Shown: positions 12,209-25,290 of the stretch, one piece after another
How positions within the stretch are numbered: position 1 is the first letter of the stretch
Layout of the letters: each line of letters starts with the position of its first letter
Assembly (NCBI GenBank): GCA_965644295.1
Contig: CBFFRP010000426.1
Span: 372,001 to 436,000, forward strand
Source: Paraphysomonas bandaiensis
Lineage: Eukaryota > Protista > Chrysophyceae
DNA length: 64,000 nucleotides
Direction of reading: 5' to 3'
Made by a program: the position numbers and the translations under genes
Notes under the pieces: generated by a model
What the model was told of the DNA's origin: nothing
Database searches by the model: none
The model's input: only the letters and a program-made list of their open reading frames with translations

Positions 12209-13396
12209 ATGTCAAATATCGGTATGATGGACGGGGCTTTCTTTGTGGGTAGAAAGGAAATAGTTGATTGGATTAATCAAACTTTACAAATAAATATTTC
12301 TAAAGTTGAACAGACATGTAGTGGTGCGATAGCTTGTCAGCTTCTTGATGTTATGTATCCAGGTTTGAATCTTACTGATGACTATACGGCCTGTGTCATA
12401 TATATACACAGATAAAGTTCCGATGCATAAAGTTAATTGGGGTGCGAAACAAGAGTTTGAATACATTCAGAACTACAAAGTTCTTCAAACATGCTTTACG
12501 AAGCTTCACATTGATAGGGTATCTATTGCTCTACTAGTTACTCTCTTCTCTAACGTATGAAATGTCAGCATGTGGATGTGGACAGATTAATTAAAGGGGT
12601 AATGACATTATATTCTCTGCAATTTATATCTTAAAGGTGGCCTATAGCGGTATCAAGACAACTTGGAGTTTATGCAATGGTTTAAGAGGTTCTTTGAGCT
12701 CAGCGTGCAAGATATAGGAGTATGTGATGCGATATACCGCTTTATGTAATGACTTGTGTTGCATGGAAATTAGGACTATGATGCACCAGGAAGGCGTGCT
12801 CGTGGAAAAGGTATTAATTTTGTATGTATTTCTGTAGTTTTAAACCAATGGTATATGAAGGTGGTGCCCAGTACAACTCCTCCAGCTTAGGTCGGGCCAC
12901 TGGGGGATCATCTGCTGGTGAAAAGTCACGAGGACGCATTGCTGCTCCTCCCGCTCGACCTAACCCCACTAAACCCCCTGTTGGTGAAAAGAAAGCAAAA
13001 CTTGCGACGAGCTCGTCAGCTCCTTCTACTGCTCGTGATATACCAGCGCAACCTACAGAGAGTGCTGTTGTTGTGGACACTGCATCCCAGGAAGAAATTG
13101 CAAGACTTACCAGTGAGGTCGAGAGACTGTCCGCTGCACAAGAGGATATGCAGGCGGAGATGACTGGTGTCGAAAAGGAGCGTGACTTCTACTTTGAGAA
13201 GTTACGGGAAATCGAGATGCTTCTACAGGATTTAGAGGAGAAGGGCGAGGGCACTGAACTCACTGGAAAGATATTTGACATTCTCTACGCTACTGCGGAA
13301 GGATTCCAGCCGGCGGATGATGTAGTGGAGCCTGAAGGGGTGGAAAATATGGAGATACCTGAGCCCGCACAAGAGGGGGCCGAGGAGACATATTAG
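12209..13396 (+). CDS. EB1: Microtubule end-binding protein EB1 (RP/EB family), multi-exon
   Basis: MMDGAFFVGRKEIVDWIN calponin-homology domain, YQDNLEFMQW, C-terminal EKERDFYFEKLREIE and an EETY tail; 5'UTR intron at ~12110-12169. Confidence 0.96.
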
Positions 13397-14994
13397 TTTT
13401 AACCAGACAGTAGAGTATAGTACTCAGCTGGATTATGCTGCACTTTGTCAGACAGCTTTCAGCTAGACGCAGTTCTGTAGGGTATCACTTTGTGTTTGAT
13501 TTAAAGCTGTAATATTGCTGATGTGAAAAGCACTGAAGCAAGTTATACGGTTTAAATATGTCTTTTTAATGAATGACTTCAGAGTCGCCTCAGTATTTAA
13601 TATATATGCATGGATTTACTTATTGCATAAGTCGGCAGTACTGGTGTAGTAGAACGATAGTATTTCTTACTGAGAAAGTGGGCCAGGATAGCTTGACCGT
13701 TTTTCTATTTTCTATGTACCAAAGCATGCCTCGATTCGACTTTGTTGAAAAGAAATATGAGGAGAGAGATTTTCGAGATCACACACACATGACAAGCGTA
13801 AAAAGATGAAAGAGAAATTTGAAGAATCGTTTTGAATGTCATTGATAATTGATAATGTCAGCTGTATGTCTTCCTGTTGATTTATTCTACGCTTCGTCGA
13901 TATTTAGTAACTTTTTGTGATTTTGTATTCATTCTAATTTCATCCTCTATTGATTCCAGTCCCATGCATAGTATTTTTGTAACATATAATTATTAAAATT
14001 TACCTCCTCATTATGTATATAAAAAGACTAAAAGTACTTTTTTAGTGCACTTTTAGTGAATTTGATAGTATAGTAGTACAGTTCACATATAGCAATTATG
14101 TTGATCCAATACATGCTACTTACAACTTTGATATATTGCTATTACTTTTATACGTGTTGACTGTACTAATCGTGTAGCTTGACCTCACAGTAACACTTGC
14201 GACTGCTACCAAAGTCATACTAAAATCTTGTATATACACACACACACGATGTAAATTGGGATTAACTCAAAACTTGTCACTATAATACACTCAATAATAG
14301 CATAATTGAGGCATGCGGCAAGATAGTCAATAATATTCCGTAAATTGCTGCCTTGCTTTATGAGGATGGTGTCATGACCCTATCTAACCACTAGAAGAAT
14401 ACACAGTGCTTCATTAGTTCTTTCTTAATTGCGGAATTGTGGTTATGATATCAAATCGAAGACAGCATGAGGTTTGTCCACGTGTGTAAACACTCGTTTA
14501 TTCTATTTAGTTATGCTAATATTTCAATATGATTGATGTTCATTCGGAATCCTTTTAATGAATATGATATCTACTTGATACCTACTGCTGTCACTGTACC
14601 GTGTACCGGTGTACAGCGTATAGGTGTCTGCCTATACTTCTTCAGAGACAACCTCACTACAAAAATATTTTAGTGTGAAGTAATTTTACAAAGCGTCTGC
14701 TATATAAGAAAAATACTGCAAGACAAATATATGTAAAATAATTTTCGTAAAAATAGAAAATATCCTTTAGAGAATACCACAGAATACCGAATATGGCCTA
14801 CAGTGAGACTGAAAACATATGGGCTTGTGTGTGGCCAGCCAGTCTATATGTACATATGTATACGCACCAGCATATGGTACTGTATGTACGAATAGACGGT
14901 ACGGATAGATCAATTGGACAGAGTGCAGTAGTAACACCTGTTCTCAATTGATTCCATACCAATAGAGGAGGTTTCTCTGTATACCTTTACTTCA

Positions 14995-16068
14995 ATGTCT
15001 GTATCTATTAGTGTGGTAGATTCATGGCAGAATCTGTTTATTCAGAGGGCTCCTGTAGATGTTGTATTGTCCAAGTTAAGAACTATATCACACTGGCCTG
15101 AATGGACGGCCCAAGAGATATTTATCAATCATGTGGTGAAGTTCGAGGCATATCCACCTCCATGTGGATGGTTGAAGACCCTTGTAAAAGGTATCATTAA
15201 GGATGTTGAGGATTCTGCCGAAGAGCTTCATGATTCAGTGGCCGAACTTATGGTTAATGCAGCTTCTCAGCAGTCGGAAGAGCAAGAAGGGGCTGCTGTT
15301 TTCACGTTTCCTCCTAATCATGAAGCTGTTATATACACAAAAAAGATTCACAACCAAGTAGGGATGCGAATGTGGACGGCAGGACTCCATATGGCAGAAT
15401 TCTTGATAAAGAATCCTGAGGTTTGTGCAGGCCGTAGTATTCTAGAGTTGGGAGCTGGTACAGGATGTACTGGTGTAATCCTCGGCAAATCATTACTACC
15501 AAAAGAAGTAGTTATGACGGATTTTCATAAAGAAGTCTTGCATAACCTGCAACGAAACATTGATGAGAATCAGGCTGATGCATCACCTATGGAGTGCCAC
15601 AAACTGGACTGGTTTGAATGTACAGCTGGAGACTGTGCGCCGTTCCGAAATAGTTGTCCAGTAATACTTGCTGCTGATTGTACATACTCAGAAGATCTTT
15701 GTGACCAGTTGTTAAGGACACTGACCCTTCTTCTTACCCCAACAGACGGCTCCATACAGGTGGATACAATATCACCGAACTCAGAATCACAGGAATCAAC
15801 AGGGTTTTGGATCCAGTATCTTATGGGTTTAAAAGACGAATCGACTGCTTTGTGTAATAAAAGTTTTGCAATAGTGTCACAAACGATTCGAAATGTAGAA
15901 ACTTACGAATATTTTAAGAATATATTAGACAGCATCGCTGCCTCAGGGGTGTTGCAATATGAAGATATTACAGAATGGGCGATGGGCACTACTCCATCAT
16001 CGGAACAATATTTCTACTATGAAGGAAGAGATGCTGTCAGGCTGTATTATATATTTTCAAATCAGTAA
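14995..16068 (+). CDS. FAM86/EEF2KMT-like lysine methyltransferase (Methyltransf_16)
   Basis: YPP motif in the N-terminus; VGMRMWTAG, ILELGAGTG, VVMTD, KLDW and ILAADCTY motifs. Confidence 0.85.
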   Translation: MSVSISVVDSWQNLFIQRAPVDVVLSKLRTISHWPEWTAQEIFINHVVKFEAYPPPCGWLKTLVKGIIKDVEDSAEELHDSVAELMVNAASQQSEEQEGAAVFTFPPNHEAVIYTKKIHNQVGMRMWTAGLHMAEFLIKNPEVCAGRSILELGAGTGCTGVILGKSLLPKEVVMTDFHKEVLHNLQRNIDENQADASPMECHKLDWFECTAGDCAPFRNSCPVILAADCTYSEDLCDQLLRTLTLLLTPTDGSIQVDTISPNSESQESTGFWIQYLMGLKDESTALCNKSFAIVSQTIRNVETYEYFKNILDSIAASGVLQYEDITEWAMGTTPSSEQYFYYEGRDAVRLYYIFSNQ

Positions 16069-16579
16069 GTTGGGTTTGTAAATAATTTAGAGCAACCTTT
16101 CCTATTCCAGCGTAATCATTTATTTGTTTCCCGCAGTTCGGTATATGTTTAGTCTGATGTCGGATAAGCAATATGACTAGTCGATGGTGGCATAAGAATT
16201 AAAATTATACGAACAAGCATTGAATTCGTACTTCATAAGCATTCACGTGACATGTCTCTATACTCAAAAATGGGTGTATTTCTTTTCTTTATTCGAACAT
16301 TGCATTAAAATTGTAATAACGAAATTTATATAAGGATTATTATTGTATGTATAGGTGTATAGGCTAACAAAATTTTCTATATTTAAAACGAGTTTTTTAT
16401 TCTATGGTAAACAGCAAACAAGATTTTGTAGTGCATTACAATACAAACGGCGTAGTCAATAGCATATGGTCAATTAAAATATACTGATACGAGTGAAGTA
16501 AAAGAATAATTAATCAAGCTATACCTAGATGGGGTAGTTGTAGCGGTGAAAATGACATTCTTTTATCAATAGAAATAGA

Positions 16580-17434
16580 TCAATGATCTAAATCAGCAGC
16601 CTCTGTCCCGTTCATATCATCTGAATCTGTGTCTTGTTGTAACCTCTCATCATCGTCTGAGGGAAACACTGTAACGTTGCGAATAGGTATTGACATCGAA
16701 CTTGCACTTTTCTGTTCTTCCTTGCTCTTTTCTTCTACGATCTTATCCTGGATGCAATCATCGGGTTCATATTGATTTATCATAGGCGCTATCTGACTGC
16801 TCGACCTTCTGCGTATAACGTTGATCAAATTACCCAACTGTGATTGGGCTCGGGATAGTGATGGAAGCTTCAGAAGTGACGGCTTCGATATGGACGGCAG
16901 CTTCAACAGTGTCGGTTTGATATCAGGCTTGTCTAGTTCAATTTTGCTTTCCATACGATTTAATAAATTTTTCGCACTGACAGAAGAGTTAAGTCTAGGT
17001 AAACTTGACCGGCGAATTCCAGTGATAGCGGCAAACTTTAACGCTGCTTTGCGAGCCATAGCATGAGTCTTAATCTGATAGCACCACGAGTCACGTTGTG
17101 ACAAGGGCGGCGGTTTCAAACTGCAGCTTTCTATAACAACTGAAACCGTGTATTCCCGAGATATAAATTTAACAGGTGTATATAAATTGACGTAAGCCAA
17201 CAGATTCAATACTTCTCTGTCTGATATCTTTCTACCGCCTCGAGACAGTAGCCATTCTTTCAGCTCAATTACATCTGGGTGAGGATACACACTCTCCTCA
17301 TATAATCTTTCCAAGAAGTCACTTTCAAATGTTGGGTCTGCATCTGTTTGTAACAAATCTGAAATTGACACCAGTGTCTTGTATAATAATTTCGTATTTA
17401 CTTTTCTATCAGTGAGATATTTAGGTCGCGGCAT
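16580..17434 (-). CDS. Hypothetical protein
   Basis: Uninterrupted ~284-aa ORF, divergent from the HECT gene; no family recognised. Confidence 0.6.
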   Translation of the reverse strand: MPRPKYLTDRKVNTKLLYKTLVSISDLLQTDADPTFESDFLERLYEESVYPHPDVIELKEWLLSRGGRKISDREVLNLLAYVNLYTPVKFISREYTVSVVIESCSLKPPPLSQRDSWCYQIKTHAMARKAALKFAAITGIRRSSLPRLNSSVSAKNLLNRMESKIELDKPDIKPTLLKLPSISKPSLLKLPSLSRAQSQLGNLINVIRRRSSSQIAPMINQYEPDDCIQDKIVEEKSKEEQKSASSMSIPIRNVTVFPSDDDERLQQDTDSDDMNGTEAADLDH

Positions 17435-17731
17435 AAAGATCAATTCAATATGAGTTAGAATAACACAAACGTGACATTCATAGCTAGGAAATTAACCCTT
17501 GAATTACGCTTCTTTAATGGTTCTTAAAATTTAACTGGTTATGATTATGGTGTCCAGTAGCGGTGGATAGAAGATCTGAACTTCTTGTTTACATCAATCA
17601 CCATAGCAAATCAAAAGACTCCATATAGTATAGAAGGTATATAATTGGATAAGTATTTTCCACCCCTACTACCAAATTTAGGTTTCTATGTAGCTGGTAT
17701 ATAGTACTGTGAAATACAATGTAAATACAAC

Positions 17732-17911
17732 TATGTATGTATGTGTATGTATGTATGTATGTATGTATGTATGTATGTATGTATGTATGTATGTATGTAT
17801 GTATGTATGTATGTATGTATGTATGTATGTATGTATGTATGTATGTATGTATGTATGTATGTATGTATGTATGTATGTATGTATGTATGTATGTATGTAT
17901 GTATGTATGTA
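17732..17911. repeat. (TATG)n microsatellite, ~45 units
   Basis: Directly visible; explains the spurious MYVC/YIHT ORFs. Confidence 0.99.
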
Positions 17912-18090
17912 CCTATGCAGATCTTGTTCCTCATATGTGCTCTTGGTCTTCTAAGAATCATCTATAGTAGGGTTACTCCAAGTGTGTGTCATACTCAACG
18001 AGGACACTAAGAGGCTTCTAATATTAACATCATCTATACAGTTATATATATTGAGGATGATTAATTAACGTTATCTACTGTATACATAAC

Positions 18091-21000
18091 ATGTTCGCAT
18101 CAGATAAAGAACTTCGTAAAGCCCCTATATCTAAATCACGTGGACGTCATACACGACACACTGTATCAGATACAGATAACAACAACAGTAAAGATAATAT
18201 AATTGAACGAACTAAAAAAGAACGTATTGAAAGACAAATTCATCGTGAATATAATCATAATGCAACTATTATACAAGCATATTGGAGAGGTTATCATACA
18301 TTACAATTATTGATTCAATCATTAAGAAATGATTATGATAAGAAATTAAATGATATTGAAAATATTTCTAATGTTTTAATGAAATCAAAAGGAATTGTTC
18401 TTGTACCTCCACTACAAATATGTATTGACCTTTGTAAGAAATTAACATTTGGAAAATTTCGTTCTCAGGTTCGCGAAATTCATGAAAAAAAACATAATAT
18501 AATGTAACTATGCGGATATGCAGGATGCCAGTCGCGTTCAACGTCTATCTAAGTATGTTCTCTCGGTCGGCCTCCAAGAGTTGGATACCGACAAAAACAT
18601 AGCTGCAGCACTTTGCCAAAATGAGCACTTACTACTAAAAATTGTTACTTATATGCGTGAAACCCTACGGTCTTCCCTGTGCCGTATGCCATGTGTTCGA
18701 CTGGATGAAGTTGTGCAACATATACTACCATGCATATCTCTGCTTTGCGGTCTCGGGGCTCCGTTTAAGATGCGGTATGCCCCTAGCATCCATTCGTCAT
18801 TTCAACGCATTCGCAGTGTACTAGTGGATTCTGGTGGGTGGTTTGATCGACATGGGATGCAATTGTATCATCTCGTCCATGTTATTCTTTCTGAGCGCAC
18901 TTTGCAGCTTTACATGTCGGACAACATTGATGAAAATGATACATCCAGAGGACTTATCACCAGTTGTCGTCCTCCACGTCCTCCGGAAGGGTGTTTAGGA
19001 GATGTTCTTTTGGATATATGTTACTCTACTCTGGATATCGATGAGGATAAAAGGTCCATACGAGAAGCTGTATTTGCACGTGAAATTTTATCAATACCTA
19101 TGCTGACTAGCATCCTTTCTGCGGTTTCCATGGAGCGGGTTATGGCTTGCTCGTCAACTGTGGATATCATTACTCGAGTATTCAACGATTCCAGTCGACT
19201 AGCGCTGCCACCATCACCATCAGTAGTTTTTAAGAGTGGTCAATGGTTGCTGGGGAACCTTGCTTCTATAACCCCATTCCTTTCTTTAACTCCGCGTATG
19301 CAGTCAACTTCTGAGAAGGTATCTACCACGAAGTCTAGTGACAATCTATTATCTGACCCGCAGCTGTGTGGATTTATCCACCTCGTTTGTGCGCTATTAG
19401 TTCGGTACGACGTTCCAGGTGTATGGCAAGGCCGGTGTAGTGCTATATGGGCTCGTGAAGGTACAGTTTTAACGGCCTCTGCTGTGCCACGCGCTCTACA
19501 ACAGCAATTAGCGTGTTTGCTGGACGGTCCGACGCTAAGTCAGCTTTATCATCGGGTTATACGTCCATTTCCCCTCCCAATGGATCGTCCAATATCCACA
19601 AGTTGTCAATCTCCAAAAAGTTCGTCCTATCCAGTTGCATCAGATGATGTAGAAGTAAGAGAAGCTCTTAGTAGCTCAGGCCTTATAATGGCTCGACAAA
19701 CGCTCCAGGAACATAGGGATAACTCGAGCTTATGGTCTAGCAGTTCTAAATGGGCATCCAAACTAGTCTCATCTATGTCAGAAGCGTTTTCTTCTCTCAC
19801 AGGTGGCTCATCCAAGGTTCCAAGCACAACCCAAGCGGGTGTAGCTGCTTGCGACGCTCAATCTGATGCTACAAATGTGGGTTCTCTTAAGGACGAGGAC
19901 CCTTCTCCTTTTCCTCCTGCGGAGGAAGTAGTGATAGCTGTATGTCGTTTATGGAGCTTGATTTTACCCCACACGGCAACTCACGCACCTCCTGAGTCGG
20001 CCTGCTGGAAGGGAATGTCTACACTGTGTTTTTCTACCAGAGCGATAGGGAGGCTTTGGGCGTTTGCTTTGCAAATATGTCGTCGCAGCTCTTCTAAAGA
20101 TAATACAAGGCTAATACTGGCCTCTGTTGGTGACGAATTTGCTTTAGAGCGGGACTTGTACCCAGGAATGGCTGGCTGTACGTCTGTAATATTGTGTATT
20201 GTTGCACTACTGAAGATTAGTTGCATAACTCTTGATGACGCTGAGCTTTACAATCAAGGCGTAAGTTCTTCATTTAATCATTTATTTTTGTGTAATCTGC
20301 ATTCGATGTGTGTTTGTAGAGACCACTTCCATTGTGTCATCTGTTGCCTCTAGTACGTACACTAAACATGCTCTTATTTGAATGCATTGAAGGGAGCGAT
20401 GTACAATTGCTTTATGAGCTATCAGCAGTATCCTCTGGTGGACGGTCAACAGGAGGTGGAGCTAGTAGTAGTGACCCGCTTCAAGCAAAGGCTTTATCTG
20501 ATAAAGCGTTCGGCACAGCATTTCAAGTATCGTCACTGAGGTTTGGGGATGCCGTGTTACCTAACTATATGATGGTTAAATTATTTAGGTGCATTGTTTC
20601 CGTACTCTCCGACCTTCATACTAGGTTACCAGCTTGTTTTAAACTCCAATTGCACCTTTGTCACATGTCTCTGTAGATGGGCGAGGCGTCCGTTCAGTTT
20701 TGCCAAGCTATGGGAGATTTCTCGAGCTAACCGTAGTGCGGTAATATTAATGTAGAAAGTCTATTCTGGCTAATGCGAGCTATAGTTTTTGTCGGAGTTG
20801 AGACAGCAAACACCACTTGCACGTGCAATACTGAAGTACCAGCCTTGGGCAATAGATTTTCATCAGCGCATGAAAATTCTTAGAGAAATTCTGGATATGG
20901 AAAGGAGATCAATACAGGGGTCAGATGATATCAACAGCGGCCAAAGGTAGGTACCTTTTGCTGGGAAATGTGGAGAGCCGATGTTGCTTTCTAGGTCTCG

Positions 21001-22721
21001 AGGAACCATTGTACGTGTGAGGCGACAACGGCTACTTGCTGATGGTATGGACGCTCTAGGTATGGATATATAATGATTATAGCCATGCTATGGTTAGTTG
21101 TATTGTGCAGACCGTATAGGAAATGCCATAAAAGATCGAATAATTGTTCGCTATGTTAATGACTTTGGGGAAGACGAAGCAGGTCTGTAAATAACATAAA
21201 ATACTTGTTTTGAGAAAGCCTATCATCTTATTCATTAATGTAGGCATCGATGTTGGAGGACTTTTCAAAGATTTTTGGACGGATTTATCTGCTCGTGTTT
21301 TTGATCCTTCCTTCGGTCTTTTCGCGATGACATCTGATCAGGTCAGTTAGCAATCACTGCGCATTCGTGGGGTACATGACTTCTGTAATTCCCACAGCTG
21401 TTATATCCCAACCCCAACGCTATTGCACTGTATGATGAATCAGAGCTGGATTCCACGTATGAGTTTCTTGGAAGAATTCTTGGAAAGGTGTGACACAGTA
21501 GTCATATATATGTCCTCTTGGTACTACTCTTCGCTTTGTGGCGATGTTAGGGCAGTCAGAGTATTTATATGCTTCCAAGCCGTGATTTAATACGTACACA
21601 GGCTCTGTTCGAGAATATTACAGTGCAGCCACAGTTTGCTCATTTTTTCTTAGCATTTATGATGGGACGTTACAACTTCACTGGTTTAGTGAACGACCTG
21701 AGCTCACTGGATGCAGATTTATTCAAGAACCTGATGTTTCTCAAAACATACGAGGTAATATCTTCCCTCTTATGCCGTGTCGACGCTTCATGTGTAATAT
21801 TGCTGTGAAGGGTGATATCAGAGATCTTGGCTTAACTTTTTCTGTCACGGACGATGCATATGGATCACACAAAGAAGTGGAACTGTTTCCAGGTAACTAC
21901 ATCTGCGCTGGATGGTGGCGTATGTAGATATATTTCTTACCGTATTTCTTATTGTGTAGGAGGGTCGAAAGTAGAGGTCACATCACAGAACAGGTTCTCA
22001 AGATATATGGCCGCATTACTTGCGATGATATATTATTAATAGGCATCGTTATATAAATCTAACTGCGAAATATTATCTCCACGACCGCATATGTCGTCAG
22101 GCTCGTGCATTCTTCAGGTGTGTGTATTCCAACTGTATGTGGTTCATTCAATGTTCATTTTATACGTCATTTGTCAGTGGGCTGTATCGAATTGTTAGTC
22201 CAGAGCTGCTAGGCATGTTTTGTGCACCCGAGTTGCAGGTGATAACTACTTTTTATGCGGTGTTGTGTGTGATTGTAAATACAGGTGCTGATATCTGGAG
22301 CTACTGCGGAGATATCAGTTGCAGACCTCAAGGCTCATACACGTTATACGGCTGGTTATCACTCCATGGACCGCCATATTCAGCGGCTGTGGGCGGTTAT
22401 TGAATCTATGAGTGAAGCTGACAGAGCACTGTTGGTTAAATTCGTTACCTCCTGCGAGCGTCCTCCGTCATTGGGCTTTGGAGACCTCAATCCTCCGTTC
22501 ACCATTCAGGTGAAAATGTCGTGAAAAGTGTATTTTGTATAATGGTATGTTGTCCACTGATGTGTGGTGTGCAGCGCGTGGATGGTGGCGATGACACCAG
22601 GTTACCTACGGCGTCGACATGTTTCAACATCTTAAAGCTGCCTACGTATTCTAGCCAACAGGTGTTACGAGACAAATTACTCACCGCAATTAGATCGAAT
22701 TCTGGATTTGAGCTTTCTTGA
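18091..22721 (+). CDS. HECT E3 ubiquitin ligase, UBE3B/UBE3C (UPL6/7) type, multi-exon
   Basis: N-terminal IQAYWRG IQ motif; [35 protein letters not shown] and [17 protein letters not shown]...SNSGFELS. Confidence 0.95.
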
Positions 22722-23154
22722 AGTACTTATATATGTATGATAGGATATAGTAGATGGTGACGTAAACGTATGCATTTTTAGGGAACTGTAACCAGCGTTA
22801 AAACTCATTAGTGGTGAAAAGAAGTATGTTTTAGGGTAAATGTGATATATGATATATAATTCATATCTAGAATCACATATAGAAGGTGACTTCGGATTGG
22901 AAACTTGTTCTTGAATAATATCTACCTTAAATACAATTGTTGAAACAAGAGGATTTATACGTCTCTTGTGTACATGATAACGGCTATAGTGCCCGCATGA
23001 CCTTATCTCTACAATAGTGAATGTATTATCATTAGCAATAGGTGTGGCTATAAGAGTCAGAACGTCAGAACTAATATAGCAAAACAATTTGACTACTATT
23101 CTGCGCTACGAAAGCTTCTTGTGCGTCACCGCAAACACCAAGGTGCAACCACTT

Positions 23155-23420
23155 TCAAAGCAAACGAAGAAAGGAGAATGTTGATATACCTGACATCTGC
23201 TAACTTCAGGATAATTGGTTCTTAAGGTAAACATCCCGGATGCTTGACTTCAGTAGGCAGCCCAATACCCCGAACACCCTTGGGGTGAGTCCATGAGCCC
23301 ATTCCCAGATGCCTGTATATTCGTCAAGGCGTCAAGGCCCAAAGACGTCTACACAGGTAACACTTATTAGAGCTCCTAAGTTGTACCACACAAAAATTAG
23401 GCTATGAGTGGGGAGAGAAC
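23155..23420 (+). repeat. Dispersed repeat family, copy C
   Basis: Aligns with the reverse complement of 1421-1694 and with 1-138. Confidence 0.85.
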
Positions 23421-23554
23421 GTTGTGCAGCTATATATTGCAAAGCCGAGCTTTCGCTCCAATGAAAGCCGGTATTTTATTCGGGGATGACAATTGGGGAT
23501 TTTAAAGTATTTGTATTCTTGCCGTATATGTACATGACGTCGGTAATATAGTTG

Positions 23555-23810
23555 TATCTACTAAATTTAACTGACGTTCCTACTAATTTAGAAAGTACTA
23601 TATGTTCCTACTAAATTTTGCGGACGTCCCTATTACATTAAATATGACAGAAGAGACTGCTAAATTTTTCTGACATTTCTAATTCCTACTAAGTTCAGAA
23701 TTTTATTCGATTCTACTAAGTATATGGCTTGACTGCTATTTTTAGTTTAGTGGGAACTAATGGAACTTTTTAGCTTAAGTAGGAACAAATGGAAAATTTA
23801 GAAGTAGGTT
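23555..23810. mobile_element. Putative non-autonomous DNA transposon relic with subterminal repeats
   Basis: Several (GTTC)CTACTAA motifs on the left and inverted TTAGTGGGAAC / TAAGTAGGAAC on the right. Confidence 0.4.
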
Positions 23811-24121
23811 TGAAAATGACACCGTACAGGATGTTGGAGGTTAGAGACACGATATCTTCTAAACAGGAAAACGAGGTCTGCCACTTTCTAGTGGCTTAGA
23901 ATAATTATACTAGTAGCGAAATCCTGCGATAATGTACTGCAAATATATTTGTAATGTATATCACATATTGTCATGAGGTTGTAGGACAGCAATCACCTAT
24001 CACAATTCTATTGTGTAATAAAACATTGAAAATATGCGATTATCATATCTTACACGAAACAGGTTTTCATTCCCATATCTTTAGAAACTTTCTCTACGTC
24101 ATATAATATTCATTCCAAGTA

Positions 24122-25290
24122 CTATAGATTTAAGTGATCCCACGCCATAGGTGTTATCACAAACACTCCCCATGCGAGTAATCCGTAAGACATCAGCCTA
24201 TGAAAAAAACGAAGAAGTTAAATACATAATATCCAGTGACTGAGACTAAACACCTGGCAGGAATCTCTACACAATAGAGTTTGTGTGTATGCACTTTATT
24301 AGCCAGCGCATCAAGAGTATATTTCTTGTCCTCAATCAAGTAGGAGTGGTCCACCATGTAGGCAAGAACGTACATCGGGATAGCTTTGCCCAACACTTTA
24401 CAAAGCCCGCATATAACCAGTCCTACACCTACCCGCATCAGAGTGACCTGACTCAACAGTCCAGAGTAATCTCCTTGTGACATTGGAATCAATAGAGAAA
24501 TGTTATTCAGGGTTTCCCATATGGCAGGCTGACCATTCACACAGTACCACATAGCAGAGGAAACACCAGCGTAGGTACCGAAAAATTGGGCGCTAGTACC
24601 ATAGGAAGCCGTCCAACAATCCCCCTTGGGATAAAAGAACAGAAATGCAATAAGAAGTGTTATAGTCACGTAGATACTATGTGGACCGAAAATTAACATC
24701 TGTTCAAGCTCCGGCTCATAGGCGTCTATCAGTATCATCATAGGGACACCTATGACGATTCCACCGACAAGGTCAACAACTGAATGCACTCCAAGATAGA
24801 GGCGACTAAGACCGATTGCTACAACATGATATATAGCCATGACGAACAGGCCAGTGTGTACATCAATATGTAGGCGACGCAGTGAGAGGAGTACTGACAT
24901 AGGAAGTAGTGCTCCCATCGTATGGGTACTTGGGAAACCATACTCAGTCTCATGCTGCTTCTCGATCCTTACAATCCCTCCACATCCATTTGCAGGAGGT
25001 CTTGGAAGCTTAACAAAATCTTTTAACAACTGTCCAATTGTACATATTAACCCAAAATTTAATATATAACTGGGTCCTAATGGTATAGTTAACCAAAATA
25101 ATATAGGCATAAGACTATAGAGCTCTTCACCAGTCATACTACATAATTTAAAATAATAATATAAGAATGTAGATTTATATTGCATATCTTTATCAGATTT
25201 TACACCACAAAGCCGTTGAAAGTCACCTATGAGTTTATTAGAATATGGATGCATGATTACACCTTTTAAGAAATTTCTGAGATTATTCAT
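24122..25290 (-). CDS. Sphingosine-1-phosphate phosphatase (PAP2 family), 2 exons
   Basis: KDFVKLPRP, EYGFPSTH and SRLYLGVHS PAP2 motifs; several TM segments; last exon LMSYGLLAWG...NL*. Confidence 0.92.

Noticed and set aside
17709-18010. ORFs of MYVC/YIHT repeats (also 27928-28344)
   Set aside because: These are translations of tetranucleotide microsatellites, not genes.
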